Shown here: positions 15,469 to 28,969 of the stretch, piece by piece | How the letters are laid out: each line of letters opens with the position of its first letter | How positions within the stretch are numbered: the first letter of the stretch is position 1 | NCBI RefSeq assembly: GCF_000485595.1 | Contig: NW_014577077.1 | Location: 392,625-456,624, forward strand | Direction of reading: 5' to 3' | DNA: 64,000 nt | Source: Priapulus caudatus | Lineage: Eukaryota | The notes under the pieces: generated by a model | Database searches by the model: none | Told to the model about the DNA's origin: nothing | The model's input: only the letters and a program-made list of their open reading frames with translations | Position numbers and translations under genes: made by a program

Positions 15469-16059
15469 CCTATCTATATATCTATCTATCCATCAATCTC
15501 TAGTAACTACCTACATACCTACCTACCTACCCACACACCCACCCTTCTTTCCATCCATCCATCCATCCATCCATCCATCCATCCATCCATTCATCCATCC
15601 ATCCATCCATCCGTCCATCCGTCCAACCATCCATCCATCCATCCATCCATCCATCCATCCATCCATCCATCCATCCATCCATACCATCCAATCCATCCAT
15701 CCATCCATCCATCGCATCCATCCATCATCCACATCGCATCCATCCATCCATCCATCCATCCATCACATCCATGCCATCCATCCCATCCATATCTACATCC
15801 ATCCAGCCATATCCATACAATAATACATCCCAATTCAATTCATCCATTTATCCATCCATCATCCAATCCATCCATCCATCCCATCCATCCATATCCACCA
15901 TCCAGTCCTCCATCCATCCATCCATCCATCCATCCATCCATCCATCCATCCATCCTCCTCCACCATCCATCCAATCCATCCATCCATCCCTCCATCTCTC
16001 TGCTTCTATCTCTCTCTTCTCTATTCTCTCTCCTCTTCCTCTCTCTCCTCCTCTCTCTC

Positions 16060-16101
<42 letters not shown>

Positions 16102-16680
16102 CACTCTCTTTATGGGTCATAGATTGGACGGACGGACAAACAGATGGTGGACTGACGGCGGATGGTACGGACGGACGGGCTGATGTATAGATGGATTGTT
16201 AGATGGTTGAATGGAGGATGGATGGGTATGATGATGGATGGATGGATGATGGTATGGATGATAGATGGATGATGGATGGATGATGGGATATGGATGGATG
16301 GATGGAATGGATGAGGAGGGATGATGGATGATGAGGAGGATGGATGATTGATGGATGGAGCTGATGGAGTGATGGATGGATTGGATGGATGGATGGATGG
16401 ATGGATGGATGGATGGATGGATGGGATGGATGGATGGTGGATGGATGATGGATGGATGATGGATGGATGATGGATGGATGATGGTATGGATGGATGGAGG
16501 ATGGCCAATGGATGGATTGATGGCATGAAATGAATGAATAGAGTGATGGATATGGAGGGATGAATGGATGGATGATGGGGATGGATGGATAGATGGATGG
16601 ATGGATGGATGGATGGATGGATGGAGGATGGATGGATGGATGAATGGATGGATGGATGGATGGATGGATGGATGGATGGT

Positions 16681-16711
<31 letters not shown>

Positions 16712-16881
16712 ATGGATGGATGGATGGATGGATGGATGGATGCATGCATGGATGGATGCATGGATGTATGGGTGGATGGATGGGTAGATGAATTAATGTG
16801 AGAGTAAACAGTAAGTCGTTATGAAAGAGAGACGGAAAGAGACGCCGATGGAGAAACAAGAGATGAAGAGAGCGCGCGAGC

Positions 16882-16910
<29 letters not shown>
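15350..16910. repeat. Compound microsatellite (TCTA)n-(CCAT)n-(CT)n followed by inverted (ATGG)n-(AG)n
   Basis: Direct reading; source of the spurious HPSI/MDGW ORFs. Confidence 0.9.
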
Positions 16911-16912
<2 letters not shown>

Positions 16913-18747
16913 CACCTATCATTGATATGATGTCGATGAACATAATACCGTATGCTAATGAAGATAGTCATACCATTAGATTAATTTACGGATGCTGCAT
17001 AGGTATCTCTACTGTCATGGCGAAATATCGGTTAATTATGAACATGCTTGTGTATATAATCGGGGTATACATCGGGGTTTCATATCGCGCGTGTTCAAAC
17101 AGTTTTTCGTAAATACGGACGGAAAATCGTTGTTCGTGCTAGTGCCAGGATACCTTGTATAGGGTAGGCTGAGTATGGATAGATACGCCTTGACTCCATC
17201 GCTCATTACCGTTCCAGCCACTATTATCAACCGACGCCTACGAGTGAATTCTCAACTATTTTGCTGCCTATACCATTTTGCGGCGCAGGGTTATCTCTAC
17301 GATTGGCTCGCCATTTTCCGTCGCATCTCGAGCCGAGAGCGTAATTGCTATATGCGTCGGCAATATCCAAAACACGCGTGACGCATATTTTTAAGAAACT
17401 CGGACGACACGCGTCTGGCACGTCTCGGCCGTCGCACGTGTGCGTCTCGCCGCCTATACAAATCGCAGGTGGATTCATTGCGTATGGTGTGATCAGAGTA
17501 GAAGAGAGAGTACACTGCCCTCGCGGCGAAACGGCAGCAGATGGCGGCAAAGTTGGCAGATTTGCTGTGTAAAGTAAATGAATGCATGTGCACGCCAGAC
17601 GCCCTTTAAAGTGCTTGTTAGACAAAAACCTTGAATAATATTCGTTCAGCTGCCGTTTGTTTGGGTCGTTAGAAATTAGTCATTCGCCATTAATTAATCA
17701 AACTATACCATGAAGAACATTTGATATAACGAACCGCAGTTGATATAATATTTCAGTCTTCGCTATTTGCATAAGCTCTCGCCACACAAAATGCAGAATC
17801 TTGATTTTTACGGCGACGGTTTTTGTTGCATTGAAGTTTGGAAATAATTGCGGTTGTTGATATCTTTATTGATCGAGGGTGCATGAGGAGCAATCTCATA
17901 AAGAACACTGCTTCTGCTTGGGGAAACAAAATCATAACGCGAAAAGAGGAATATGTACGACAATGCAATAGAATCAATGTGGTAGGGTATTATAATTACA
18001 CCTATACACGTTGGTCATTATTTTGCATCGTAAAAGGTAAATGGTAATGTACGCCACTATATGTGCATAATAAAACACTAGCACGCCACGTTCGCTGCTT
18101 TTCCACTTTGGTTAAAAGTACGGCAACGCCACCTGGTAGTCGATACTGATCATCGAGTTGCATCGCAAATTAGCGGCTATATGATCGCGTTAAGATTACT
18201 TCCGTCTATCGCGTAGTTTTTACAAGGAAAATGTCTAATTCATAGCATCTACATAAATTCTCAACAACGAAGGACTCGCTAGCAACAGGCTGGCTGCGCG
18301 TGTTACATGAACCTGAGTACAGCCGCCGGCGGATATCACTCCGCGTCCGCGTTATCGCGCAATATCGTAGCCTGCCTGCACGCACGAAGGCAAACATGGC
18401 GTCGAATCACGGCTCTTCTGCTACAGTGTCAAAGCTGCCATTTTGTTCCCCGGTATTTCTCCTCGAATTTTGTCCTGCTATGATTGCAAACAGTGTACTG
18501 AATCTGCGCGGGTGTACGGATTTACGCAGTCTCTACCATAGAAGTAGAACGCTCATACCCAGGCGCGCAGCGTCGCCAGTTTCTGACCACTGTCACGTGA
18601 CCAGCGCCATATTGGTGCATTCACCCTGCTTAGCGCATCACTAGTAAAGCTTGACCCCCTTACACAATTTTTAATACCAAATGCAAAGAAAATATGATAA
18701 GAAAGTAGTAGTTGAATGCCAAAATACCCGGCGTTAATGACTGTTAA

Positions 18748-18930
18748 GGGCCGGACACACTAGGCGATTAAATCGGGCGACTAAATCGCCCGATTCTATC
18801 GCGCGAGTCGAGTGGACACACTAGGCGATTAAATTGGGCGATTAAATCGGGCGACTAAATCGCCCGATTCTATCGCGCGAGTCGAGTGGACACACTAGGC
18901 GACTAAATCGCCGGTGAAATCGCCTAGTCG
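18748..18930. mobile_element. PIF/Harbinger-like MITE fragment with internal tandem palindromic units
   Basis: TAA|GGGCCGGACACACTAGGCGA end; repeated TAAATCGGGCGACTAAATCGCCCGA units; truncated by (GCGT)n at 18930-19240. Confidence 0.5.
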
Positions 18931-19431
18931 TGCATGCATGTGCACGTAGACGTGCGTGCGTGCGTGCGTGTGCGCGTACACCTGCGTGCATGCATGCGTG
19001 CGTGCGTGTGTATGTAAACGTGCGTGCATGCGTGCGTGTGTGCGTGCGTCTGTGCGTGTGCACGTATACGTGCGCGCGTGCGTGCGTGCGTGCGTGCGTG
19101 TGCAAGTACACGTGCGTGCGTGTGTACGTACACGTGCGCGCGTGCGTGCGTGCGTGCGTGCGTGCGTGTGTACGTGCTCGTGCGTTCGTGCGTGCGTGCG
19201 TGCGTGTGAACGTACACGTGCGTGCGTGTGTGCGTGTATATATGCCTAAGGCATATATGCCTTCTTTATATGCTCTTGGTATAATTCCATTCATTCACAA
19301 TATTTTAACGGCTTGTAACTGTGCGCAACTTAGTTCCATATTCTATTATTTGGTATTTCAAAACATAGGCACAATCAGATCTTTTTTATTGCGAGCAAAT
19401 ATATATACTGTATGTAACAACAATTAAAAAT

Positions 19432-20840
19432 GGGTGTGTCGCCACATCGCCGTGTTGCCATGTGGGTGTGTCGCCACATTGCCGTGTCGCCATGTGGGCC
19501 CGTCGCCACATCGCCGTGTTGCCATGTGGGCGCGTTGCCACGTCGCCATGTCGCCATGTGGGTGTGTCGCTACATTGCTGTGCCGCCATGTGGGCGCGTT
19601 GCCATGTGGGTGTGTCTCCACATCGCTGTGCCGCCATGTGAGCGCGTCGCCATGTGGGCGCCTCGCCGTGTCACCATGTGGGCGCGTCGCCGTGTCACCA
19701 TGTGGGTACATCGCCATGTGAGCGCGTCGCCATGTGAGCGCGTCGCCATGTGGGCGCCTCGCCATGTGAGCGCGTTACCGTGTCGCCATGTGGGCGCATT
19801 GCCATGTGAGTGCGTCGCCATGTGGGCACGTTGCCGTGTCGCCATGTGAGCGCGTCGCTATGTGGGCGCATCGCCATGTGAGCGCGTCGCCATGTGGGCG
19901 CATCGCCATGTGAGCGCGTTGCCATGTGAGCGCGTCGCCATGTGGGCGCATCGCCATGTGAGCGCGTTGCCATGCGAGCGCGTCGCCATGTGGGCGCATC
20001 GCCATGTGAGCGCGTCGCTATGTGAGCGCGTCGCCATGTGAGCGCCTCGCCATGTGAGCGCGTTGCCGTGTCGCTATGTGGGCGCGTAGCCATGTCACCA
20101 TGTGAGCGCGTCGCCGTGTCGCCATGTGGGCGCATTGCTGTGTCGCCATGTGTGTACATCGCCATGTGGGCGCATCGCCATGTGGGCACGTCGCCATGTG
20201 AGTACATCGCCATGTGGGCGCCTCGCCATGTGGGCGCGTCGCCGTGTCGCCATGTGGGCGCCTTGCCATGTGAGCGCGTCGCCGGTTCACCATGTGGGCG
20301 CGTCGCCGTGTCGCCATGTGGGCGCGTCGCCGTGTCGCCATTTGAGCGCGTCGCCGTGTCGCCATGTGGGCGCGTCGCCGTGTCGCCATGTGGGCGCGTA
20401 GCCGTGTCACCATGTGAGCGCGTCGCCGTGTCGCCATGTGGGCGCATTGCTGTGTCACCATGTGGGCGCGTCGCCGTGTCACCATGTGGGCGCGTTGCCA
20501 CGTAGCCGTGTCGCCATGTGGGCGCGTCGCCGTGTGGGCGCGTCGCCACGTAGCCGTGTCACCATGTGAGCGCGTCGCCGTGTCACCATGTGGGCGCGTC
20601 GCCGTGTCACTATGTGGGCGCGTCGCCGTGTCACCATGTGGGCGCGTCGCCGTGTCACCATGTGGGCGCGTCGCCACGTAGCCGTGTCACCATGTGGGCG
20701 CGTCGCCGTGTCACAATGTGGGCGCGTCGCCGTGTCACAATGTGGGCGCGTCGCCGTGTCGCCATGTGGGCGCGTCGCCACGTAGCCGTGTCGCCATGTG
20801 GGCGTCTCACCATGTGAGCGCGTCGCCGTATCACCATGTG
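19432..20840. repeat. 1.4-kb GC-rich minisatellite (17/24-bp units, core GTCGCCATGTGGGCGC)
   Basis: Dozens of CGCCATGTG(G/A)GCGCGTCGCC(GTGT) units; explains the ATRPHGDT/MWARRR ORFs. Confidence 0.92.
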
Positions 20841-23800
20841 CCTTCATTTCTGACTATGAATTGTTTGTGACATGACTATGTACAGGGGGGGGGCACTTTT
20901 TAGGTCGTGTTCATTATGAATGTGAATATGTGTCATATGTGAATGTGTCATTTATTGAATATGTTGGGTTGACCACCGTGGGGATGAGGGCAACAGCAAA
21001 ACTCTTTCTTGGAATTGTGAAAAAAGCTGCAAAAGGGTTGTAATCTCTGCTTTGCCATTCAATTGCATAATTTAACCCATGCATCATATCATGCATGTAT
21101 CATGCAGGTATCTGCGCGACTATTATATTTGTCAATCCACCCCCTTAAATCCGCCACTGATGTAATGTCCGCGGGTGGGCGTGATCCTGCAGCCAGTGGT
21201 TCACTGTAGAAACCTATCTCTGGTGCCATAGTAGTGTTTTCCTCGCCTGAGTCTAGAATTTGTCAACGGCGAGTCGACTGCCCAGGAATGCTCTCATGAA
21301 TCGAAGGCAAACCTCCTCATATACGTATATGAGAAGGCTGAATGCATGTGGTATATAGACAAGGCTGAATATAGAGACCGGGACAAGAGGCAGAAAGCGA
21401 TAAAAGAAATTGTGAGTGCGCTTGAATGGCCGAGTGCAGCGATGTATATGGTGTACATGTACATGTATATGGTGCCTGGCATCTGCGCTGATGTCTTTGA
21501 TGACAGATAGATTTGTTCTCATACATATTCTGATTTCTGCAACATAAATAGACAGAACTGTCAGATGCCTTTTAATAGGCTTCACAAAACTCTCACACGT
21601 GCTATGTCTGGCGCGAATTTATACATGCAATAATGCCTGTATAAATAATATAGTATAATATATATATATATGTATAAATTAATCATATAGATATCCATCG
21701 CTCCACACGTACGCTCGCGGTCGAGTCTGACCGCTCGCTCGAGTTGCCAACTCGCGGTCGTCAGTGTAAACGCGCTGCACAGTTCATAGATAGGTTGATA
21801 GCGCGTTGGGAAGTTGGTATAATTCGACAATTCGCCAACTCAAAGTTGGCAGCGTAAACCCAGCTTTACATAATGTTTGGAAGGGAGTAAAAAAATTTAA
21901 ATCAGGAAAATATTAATTCTAGTGCTTATAACTGACAGAAGCTAGCATTAGTGTAACTCCGAGAAACCGCCCGTGCGGTTTTAGCACTTCCCTATTGATC
22001 AAAACCTTATAGGTTGATCCTCACGACGAATCACTTTAGACACTTTTCACTTTGAATAATTTGTCTTACATGATTTGATATTGCTAATGGTGAAGACTTC
22101 AATATTAAATTTAGTGACAGATGACTCATGTGCAGGTCAACTGTCTCAGTCTTAGTGCAACATTTACCATGACGACCCGTGTGACATTACTCTAGACGTA
22201 CATCATTATCCCAGCAGAGATAATAGGCCTATAGTTATTAATAATAGTAACCCGATTGAGAGGTGAACAGTAAAACAATTCAGTGGCAATGTTTGTTAAC
22301 TAGATCTAGATCTATACACTCATTTTTACTACAGCGATTTGAGTGCATGGGACCACATAACACATACATTCGGCGAATGTCTGCAATGATTATTAACCTA
22401 CTGTACTTGTAACCCGACCAGGCTGTGTGACTAACGTCAATATACAACAATATACAATAACGTCGGTATTCTAACCTTAGCAATACCGTTTCTTGGAGCT
22501 ACTGTACTTGTTGTAGTTGTACAATACAGTGTGAGTAGGGATAATATTAATCGGTGATTTTTTTAGTCTTAGTACGTCATATTATCTTTTACAAAACATT
22601 ATAGAAAAATACCTGTGGAACGTCTTTCCAGATCATTTCTGTATCCCATTGCAACAGTTGATGGCCACGCAACATGTAGGCATTTTGAAGCATTTGTTCT
22701 CAAGCTTTACTAGTGTCGTGATGCGCTAAGCAGGGAGACTGCACCAATATGGCGCTGGTCACGTGACAGTTGTGAGAAACTGGCGACGCTGCGCACAATG
22801 CGGCGCGACTGTGTACGAGCGTTCTACTTCTGTTCTATTTCTATGGTCTCTACACATCGGTTTGTGCTCCGGTCAGCGACAGCTGATGTATATTTGAGGC
22901 ACGTTTGCTGCTAACTAATTGTAGCTCTGTCATTTATTATAGAAAATGTTACAACAGCTTCTATGATCGCTGCATATGGTATGGTATGGTTGCACCGTCT
23001 TCCATTTGCCAGGCGTCCTTATAGTCACACTGAGCAATTTGAGCGCCCTCGGGGACATCATATAGCTATCTTATATTAGCTGGCGGCGCCATGCTGTGCG
23101 GTTGAGTGCTGATCACGTGCTGGCATAAAGCTCGTCACCTTTCATCTCTGAGTGGCCGTCTAAAATGTTTACCCCGCAACAGTTTGGTTATCATGCGGCT
23201 AGACCACGTATACTGTAGCGAAATTACACATTCATTGTATCTCGTAGGCTGGCCGAAAGCCAAGAACTCGAATTTCGTCTAGGAAATGTTGCGTCGACAT
23301 ACACGATGATTATATTTTATGCATTATGGGTCACCAATCGGACAGAAAATATAATCAAGAAATCGTAGCGGCGTACGGAAATCAGTCGTTTCCCTTGCCT
23401 GCCTCTGGCATCATGCTTGGGTTATTGGCTTTATACTTGATGTGATGTGATGTTATCTCGTAAGTGTGGCGAGCGTTGAGAAGCCAGCATGGAGGGAGAG
23501 GGCCGGGTGCGCCTCCCGACGGCGGAATATAGCGTGGTTCGAACCTGAGCGAGATAGCAGCGCGCAGGAATCTATGAAAGCCATGTAAACTATTTATCAT
23601 CGCCGACCATGCGTCCCTCTCGTAAACTGCGGCTATCTACGTTGTTTTGGTTTGCGATGCCGCACGTGATCATGAAAACGCGCGAGACTACGGACTTGTC
23701 CCCCTATCTGTGTAAGAAGGAGCAGAAAAACGAGCCTGGCGAGACTGATACATCCATTCGCATACTTGCGCAGTCTCTTTAAGTCGTTTTTCAGTGGAAG

Positions 23801-24587
23801 ACTGTCGATAACAAAAACGAGTTGTCAGGCAAATAAGTTTTTCAGTCAAATCTGAGAAACGTAAGACTAATAGCGAGCAATGCTTTATCCGCTCGCCAAC
23901 TGCATGTAAAAACGCTCGAGGTGGTGACGCCAAGTATAACGCTTACGACTCGAAGTTATCACACATAACGCACTTGTCTTGTGTGACATTTTTCATCGGA
24001 GACGGCGACGTTACTTTCGGTTCACAATTTGTCGCTTGACATTTATTTAAATGAGCAAGTATATATACGGTGATTTACGCACAAGCACTCATCAAAGTAA
24101 CATATCCCGGGGCATGGGTTAAGGTAATTCCATGCCTATTGTAGTCCGGCAGAATAGGGCATATGGTTTGCATGGCGGTATACGTAAGTTTTTTTCTTAC
24201 CGTTCGTTTTCTTATGTTCTTGCACCAAATAAGGCATTTCTAACAACTGGCAGTTGCTCAGTTGTGGGGAATTTTATTTAATGTAGATTTATTCAAAGCC
24301 GCATCATCAAACAATTGAATTTTGGATTAAATAAAGCCTAGTGTCGCAATAATGAGATGTGCAATGCATGTAAAAATTATATTATACCATCATTTACAGA
24401 CTGTATTTGACATTTGAAATAGTTGTAAGCTAATAATTTACAATCATAACGTCTGTGATTAGGCATGAAAATTGGTTTACGCGTTAACCCTCTCCTATGT
24501 TAAACATGCAAAATCCACGAAAATGAGTTTTAAGTTACCTACAATTTAACATATTTTGGTACAATTTCAAAACAAAATCAGTTGGCT

Positions 24588-25600
24588 TTAATCGTCCTCT
24601 TCCTCCTCTTCTCTCATCAAAGGCTTCGTGTTGACGACTCTAGTTTGTTGTTAGTTTGCAAAACATTGTACACGCCAGTCTACCAATGTTACAACCACAG
24701 CCCTTGGACTTGCTATGCATCTCCCGTAAAACAAGAACACTTGATGAGCTGGTGCTGGGGAGTGCATAAAAAGGAGAGTGAGCAGGCTGTAGGACTAGTT
24801 TCCCTCATCCTCCGCTTACCCAGCGCATATTCCGTGGGATCAAGGTCTGGAATGCTCTTGTAGGGCATGTTCCAGATGCGACACTGATAGTGTGCTCTTT
24901 TGACATTTTCTTTGAATGGCTTTCTTGCGTGGGGTGGCAGAGCTTGCAAGCTTCGGTGTACTCTGTTGCTCCTTTTCTACCTGTCTTTTGTTCCAAGCTT
25001 TTAATTCTTGACTCAGTCATGTGTATGCATCATGCAGTTGTTTAGCATGCTGAGCAGAAAGCTGTGACTGGAGCAACACATCTATACAAAGTTAGCAGTC
25101 TGATTTCCATGGAGGCTCAAGCTGCATTCCCTCCACTCAAGAGTTTTTAACATTTGCCTGCTTTCGAATCCCGTAAGCACATGGGAAACAGTGTCCGCAC
25201 ACTGTCAGGGCATGAGGCTGCGTAACATGTGAGAATGATACTGGAAGACTTTATCCACTGTGTAGCACTTAATATCCACAAAGCTCTCTGCCTTTTTCCC
25301 TTGGTGACTGCGGGTTTGTCAATAGGGATGTTAAGGCCCATCTATCGAGAGTACTGGTACAGCAACGAGAACGTACACATCTCGTGTCATCGTGCCTCAA
25401 CAATGACTACTTCTTCTCGTTTCTTGTGCTGCAGTATATCGCACTGTGCGTGACGATTAGTGTCTCTTCTTCCATGGTCTGTCTTGAGGTTGTTCTCTGA
25501 AATTACTAAGCCGTATGGAGAAAATCTCATACGCACTTCATCTTGGCAGTAATGACTAATAGTGTGGGGATGGCCTCCCAGTACATCATGTCACTTTAAA
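24588..25600 (-). mobile_element. Decayed Academ (AcademX) transposase C-terminal region: XPG/PIN-like nuclease and Cys-rich zinc finger
   Basis: Minus strand, reading across frameshifts, gives approximately HEE.DT...VIVEA-DDT-DVYVL, AAHALT.CDTVS..YGI.K, MTESRIK..KTGRKGAT, LPP...FKENVKRAHYQCRIW...DLDPTEY, LIKCSCFTGDA-CKSKGCGCNIGRLACTMFCK, then an acidic tail EEEEEDD*. Confidence 0.7.
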
Positions 25601-26179
25601 GTCTCACAAATATATCAATTCCTCATCAAATAAGCTTCGGCCATGAGCATCGTAGCAAAGCTCAGGGCGCAGACGCTGTCTGTCGTCGGTTCTGCACCGT
25701 CGGACAGTCCTGCTATCTCCACGGAGCTCGTACCGTGGGGAGCTCAAACAGTTGGGAGAAACGCCAAGGAATCTCTTACATACTTCTGCACCCAAGAGAA
25801 TAAGACGAAAAGCACTTGTTTATATCAACGAGCGTTGAATGGAAAAGTGCAACCCATTCCGTACATGCTGTCTATAGAATAACTTTTTGTCATTTACACC
25901 ATATTACTATTATGTGTCAGGTGTTCTAACACCAGTTTTCGAACGCGTATCTTACGGAACTCCTTACGATACGCGTAATAGCGTGAGCCTTGAAGTTAAA
26001 CAGCGTTCACAACCGTAGTTTTTGGAGATGTCTACGTCGCGTTAGTAGCCTGGCGCATAAGGCGAAAGGAAATCGAATAGAGATTTACGCCAAATGCGGT
26101 TTAATAGGTTCGTGGCCTTTTTGCTATACTCTCTTTCTCTCTCTGTGTTCCACATTCGGCTGTGTGTTGCGCGCGGCCC

Positions 26180-26187
26180 GTCTCTTC

Positions 26188-26240
<53 letters not shown>

Positions 26241-26575
26241 ACTTCCTCTCCTCCTATCTCTGGGATGCGATCTCCCCCCTAGCTCATCTCTCTCTCCAGT
26301 CTCTCTCTCTCTCTATATGTCTCCCACATACTTACCCGGTCGGGGCTCTATTCTATGCGTCTCCTCTGTCTCTCTGTCTCGCTCTTCTCTCGGTCTCTCA
26401 CGCTCTCCTCTCTCATCTTGCTCTGCTCCGTTCTCGGTTCTCTGCTCATCTCTCATCTCGTTCTTCCATCTCGCTCTCTGTTGCTGCTCTCTCTCTCTCT
26501 CTCTATTGCTCATCGGTCCTGCATTCTCTCGTCGCTCTCTCTCATGCTCACGCTCATCCCAGTTCTCTTCTCTCT
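26180..26575. repeat. Degenerate (CT)n tract
   Basis: Direct reading. Confidence 0.85.
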
Positions 26576-27367
26576 CGGCCACAAGCGATTGCGTATACGC
26601 GTATTATCTATAGCCGGTCGGTTCACCACGTCGCTATCGCTATAGCTGTAGCGAAGTACGTAGGAAAACGCACCTCATTTTTGTCAGCATAGTGATACGC
26701 ATTTCCGAACTGAGTATAGCTATACGGCGTGGTCCGTTCAGACTGAGGAAATTATATCGTGAGTACGGTACGAAAAATCTGTTTCGTAGCGCGTACGACG
26801 AACCGTGGATTTTGGTCTCACGTGTGAACCGCGCAATAAGTTGGGTGTGCTGTGATATAAATGTCATTACGTAACAGTTTTTTTACCATGCTTATTAATC
26901 TTATATAGACTGATTTTGTATATATTGAAAAATTGTGTGCAATGTTATTCTCCATTTTTAGCGCTAACGTTCCTATTGTGTCCGATTATTAGTGGTATGA
27001 TTAGTAGCTACGATTTGCAGGCGCAGCGGGTAATTTTATCTGCAGCAGTATTAAATAAAGGGTGTGTAGAGTAAATTCCCCAACCAACTGCCCCGAGTGA
27101 CAGTTGGTGGATCATTGAAGTAGACTATAAAGGAAAGCTTTCTTAGAGGCAATAAAAAAAACATATATACCAGATTGCAAGTTCAAGCAAAAAGCCATCT
27201 TTCTGCCGGACTATAAGAGCTAAATTCATTTAAGAATTTGCGATGCAAATTATATAAATGTTATATATATATAGTATATATATATTATATATATATATAT
27301 ATATATACTATACAAAAAGCCTGACAAACTTTGAGTGGTATATAAGGTATGATTAAGTGTATGCGGC

Positions 27368-28156
27368 CAAGGCCCCGTAGCCAGGCTTTTTATTGGGGGG
27401 GGTTTCGTTTTTTTTAATTTGGGCCGGAAAGGGCGAAGCGGCCGTAGCGAGGGAGCGTCAGCGACCCGAGCTGGGGGAGGGTGTGGTAGAGAGGTGTCCC
27501 CCTCCCACCGAGGAGCTTTTGAAATTTATACATAAATGGAGCGATCTGGTGCATACCTGAGGTGAAATTCTTGCAAATTCTCAATGAAAAAAAAACGTAA
27601 AAAAAACACCGATTCAGTAAAAATGATCTTCGACTATGTAAAGTAATTTGCATAATATGAATAATAGGAATAAAGAATGTAAACGAATTGCTAAGGCGAG
27701 CAAGTACATGAAACACTTTAGAGAAATAACTGCCATCTTCACAGTGTCATTTTTTTGTTGTTGGGGGGGGGGTGGCCACAATGATACAAAAAGTTGTTTG
27801 TAGGCTAACGAGGGTGCGAAGCCACGATCAGACAGGCGAATTTTATTGGTGGGGATACTCTCATACCATGATAAAAAAAGCATGCTTAATTTGAAGGTTT
27901 TGAGGTTCAGAAGCCCCCCCCCAATATAATATAATCTCCTCTCTATGCCTCAGGGGAGAGATGATTGCGGAAACAAGATCATCCAGCTCTTTTTTTCTAC
28001 GCCCTCTTCTTCCTGAGCAGTGTGAAGTGACAAATGCACAGCATCAGTGCGCGACCCACCCCTTGGGGCTTTTTGTTGTTGTTGTTGTTGTTGTTGTTTG
28101 TTGCTCGTGGGGGTCGTGCGAACCCCCAGAACCGCCCCCCCCTGGCTACGGGCCTG
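27368..28156. mobile_element. hAT-like MITE (CAGGCCCGTAGCCAGG termini)
   Basis: CAAGGCCCCGTAGCCAGG ... CCTGGCTACGGGCCTG with subterminal G/C runs; TSD not evident. Confidence 0.5.
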
Positions 28157-28436
28157 TAGGCAACACACTTATCACGTCTATCCCTATTAGTAAAATCGAT
28201 AACGAGTGGCACCAAAACCTGTGGATCGATCATATACGTTAAAATTATCTAAATTAAATAATTCTCTAGATTTATTAAAGAAGCCATTAATAAAGGCGTC
28301 ATTAAAAATAAAATCGTAATGAATGGTCAAAAACTCACTCGGCATTTCCCTAACGTTCAAGGATTACCCTATCTCAAATAGGAGAGTGGAGATCTATATG
28401 TTATATAATGTATTTTTTTATATATGTAGTATATAT

Positions 28437-28484
28437 CAGGAGCTAATACTACATTATTAATATACATGTATTTTATAGCTCTTG
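28437..28484. mobile_element. 48-bp CAGGAGCTA...TAGCTCTTG hairpin, putative footprint
   Basis: Terminal inverted match; TSD not clean. Confidence 0.45.
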
Positions 28485-28492
28485 ATGTATTA

Positions 28493-28933
28493 TTGTATCC
28501 CCCGAACGAAGTTCGTGGGGATACTATGGGTTTGGCATCGTCGCGCCGCCGCCGCCGCCGTCCGCCGCCGCCGTAGAGATTTCCTTGTGAACGCTCTACC
28601 GCTGCGTTCTTCTCGGATCATCTTCAAAATTTCGAATGAAGGTGCGTTATCGTAAAGCGAAAACACTTCGTTTTGGTGTGGGCGGCGTCATCGTTGCCAT
28701 GGTAACAACATTTTTTGTCGAAATATTTAGAACTTGTAACTTCTGCACTTTTTACCGCATTGTCATGAAATTTATATTTGTATTAAATTATATTTAAATT
28801 AATATTAAAATTTAAATTTAAAAATTTAAAATTAAATTAAAATTAATTTAAAAATTTAAATTTAAATTTATATTTGTATTAAAATGTGTATTTAAATTCA
28901 TATTTAAATTATGATTTTCATCAATATATATAT

Positions 28934-28969
<36 letters not shown>

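Larger units (their letters stand above)
18537..22845. mobile_element. 4.3-kb non-autonomous P-superfamily-like DNA transposon with ~120-145 bp TIRs and 8-bp TSD
   Basis: TIRs at 18537-18654 and 22700-22845 (CATAGAAGTAGAACGCTC...GTCACGTGACCAGCGCCATATTGGTGCA...CTAGTAAAGCTTGA). Perfect GTCTCTAC duplication at 18529-18536 and 22846-22853. Confidence 0.75.

Noticed and set aside
19424..20847. Repetitive ORFs (ATRPHGDT)n, or a CRISPR-like array
   Set aside because: Pure minisatellite with no unique spacers, no cas genes, and a eukaryotic context.
25147..25341. ORF superficially resembling a hAT transposase (LFPMCLRDSK)
   Set aside because: Other frames give contiguous Academ XPG motifs, which explain the region better.
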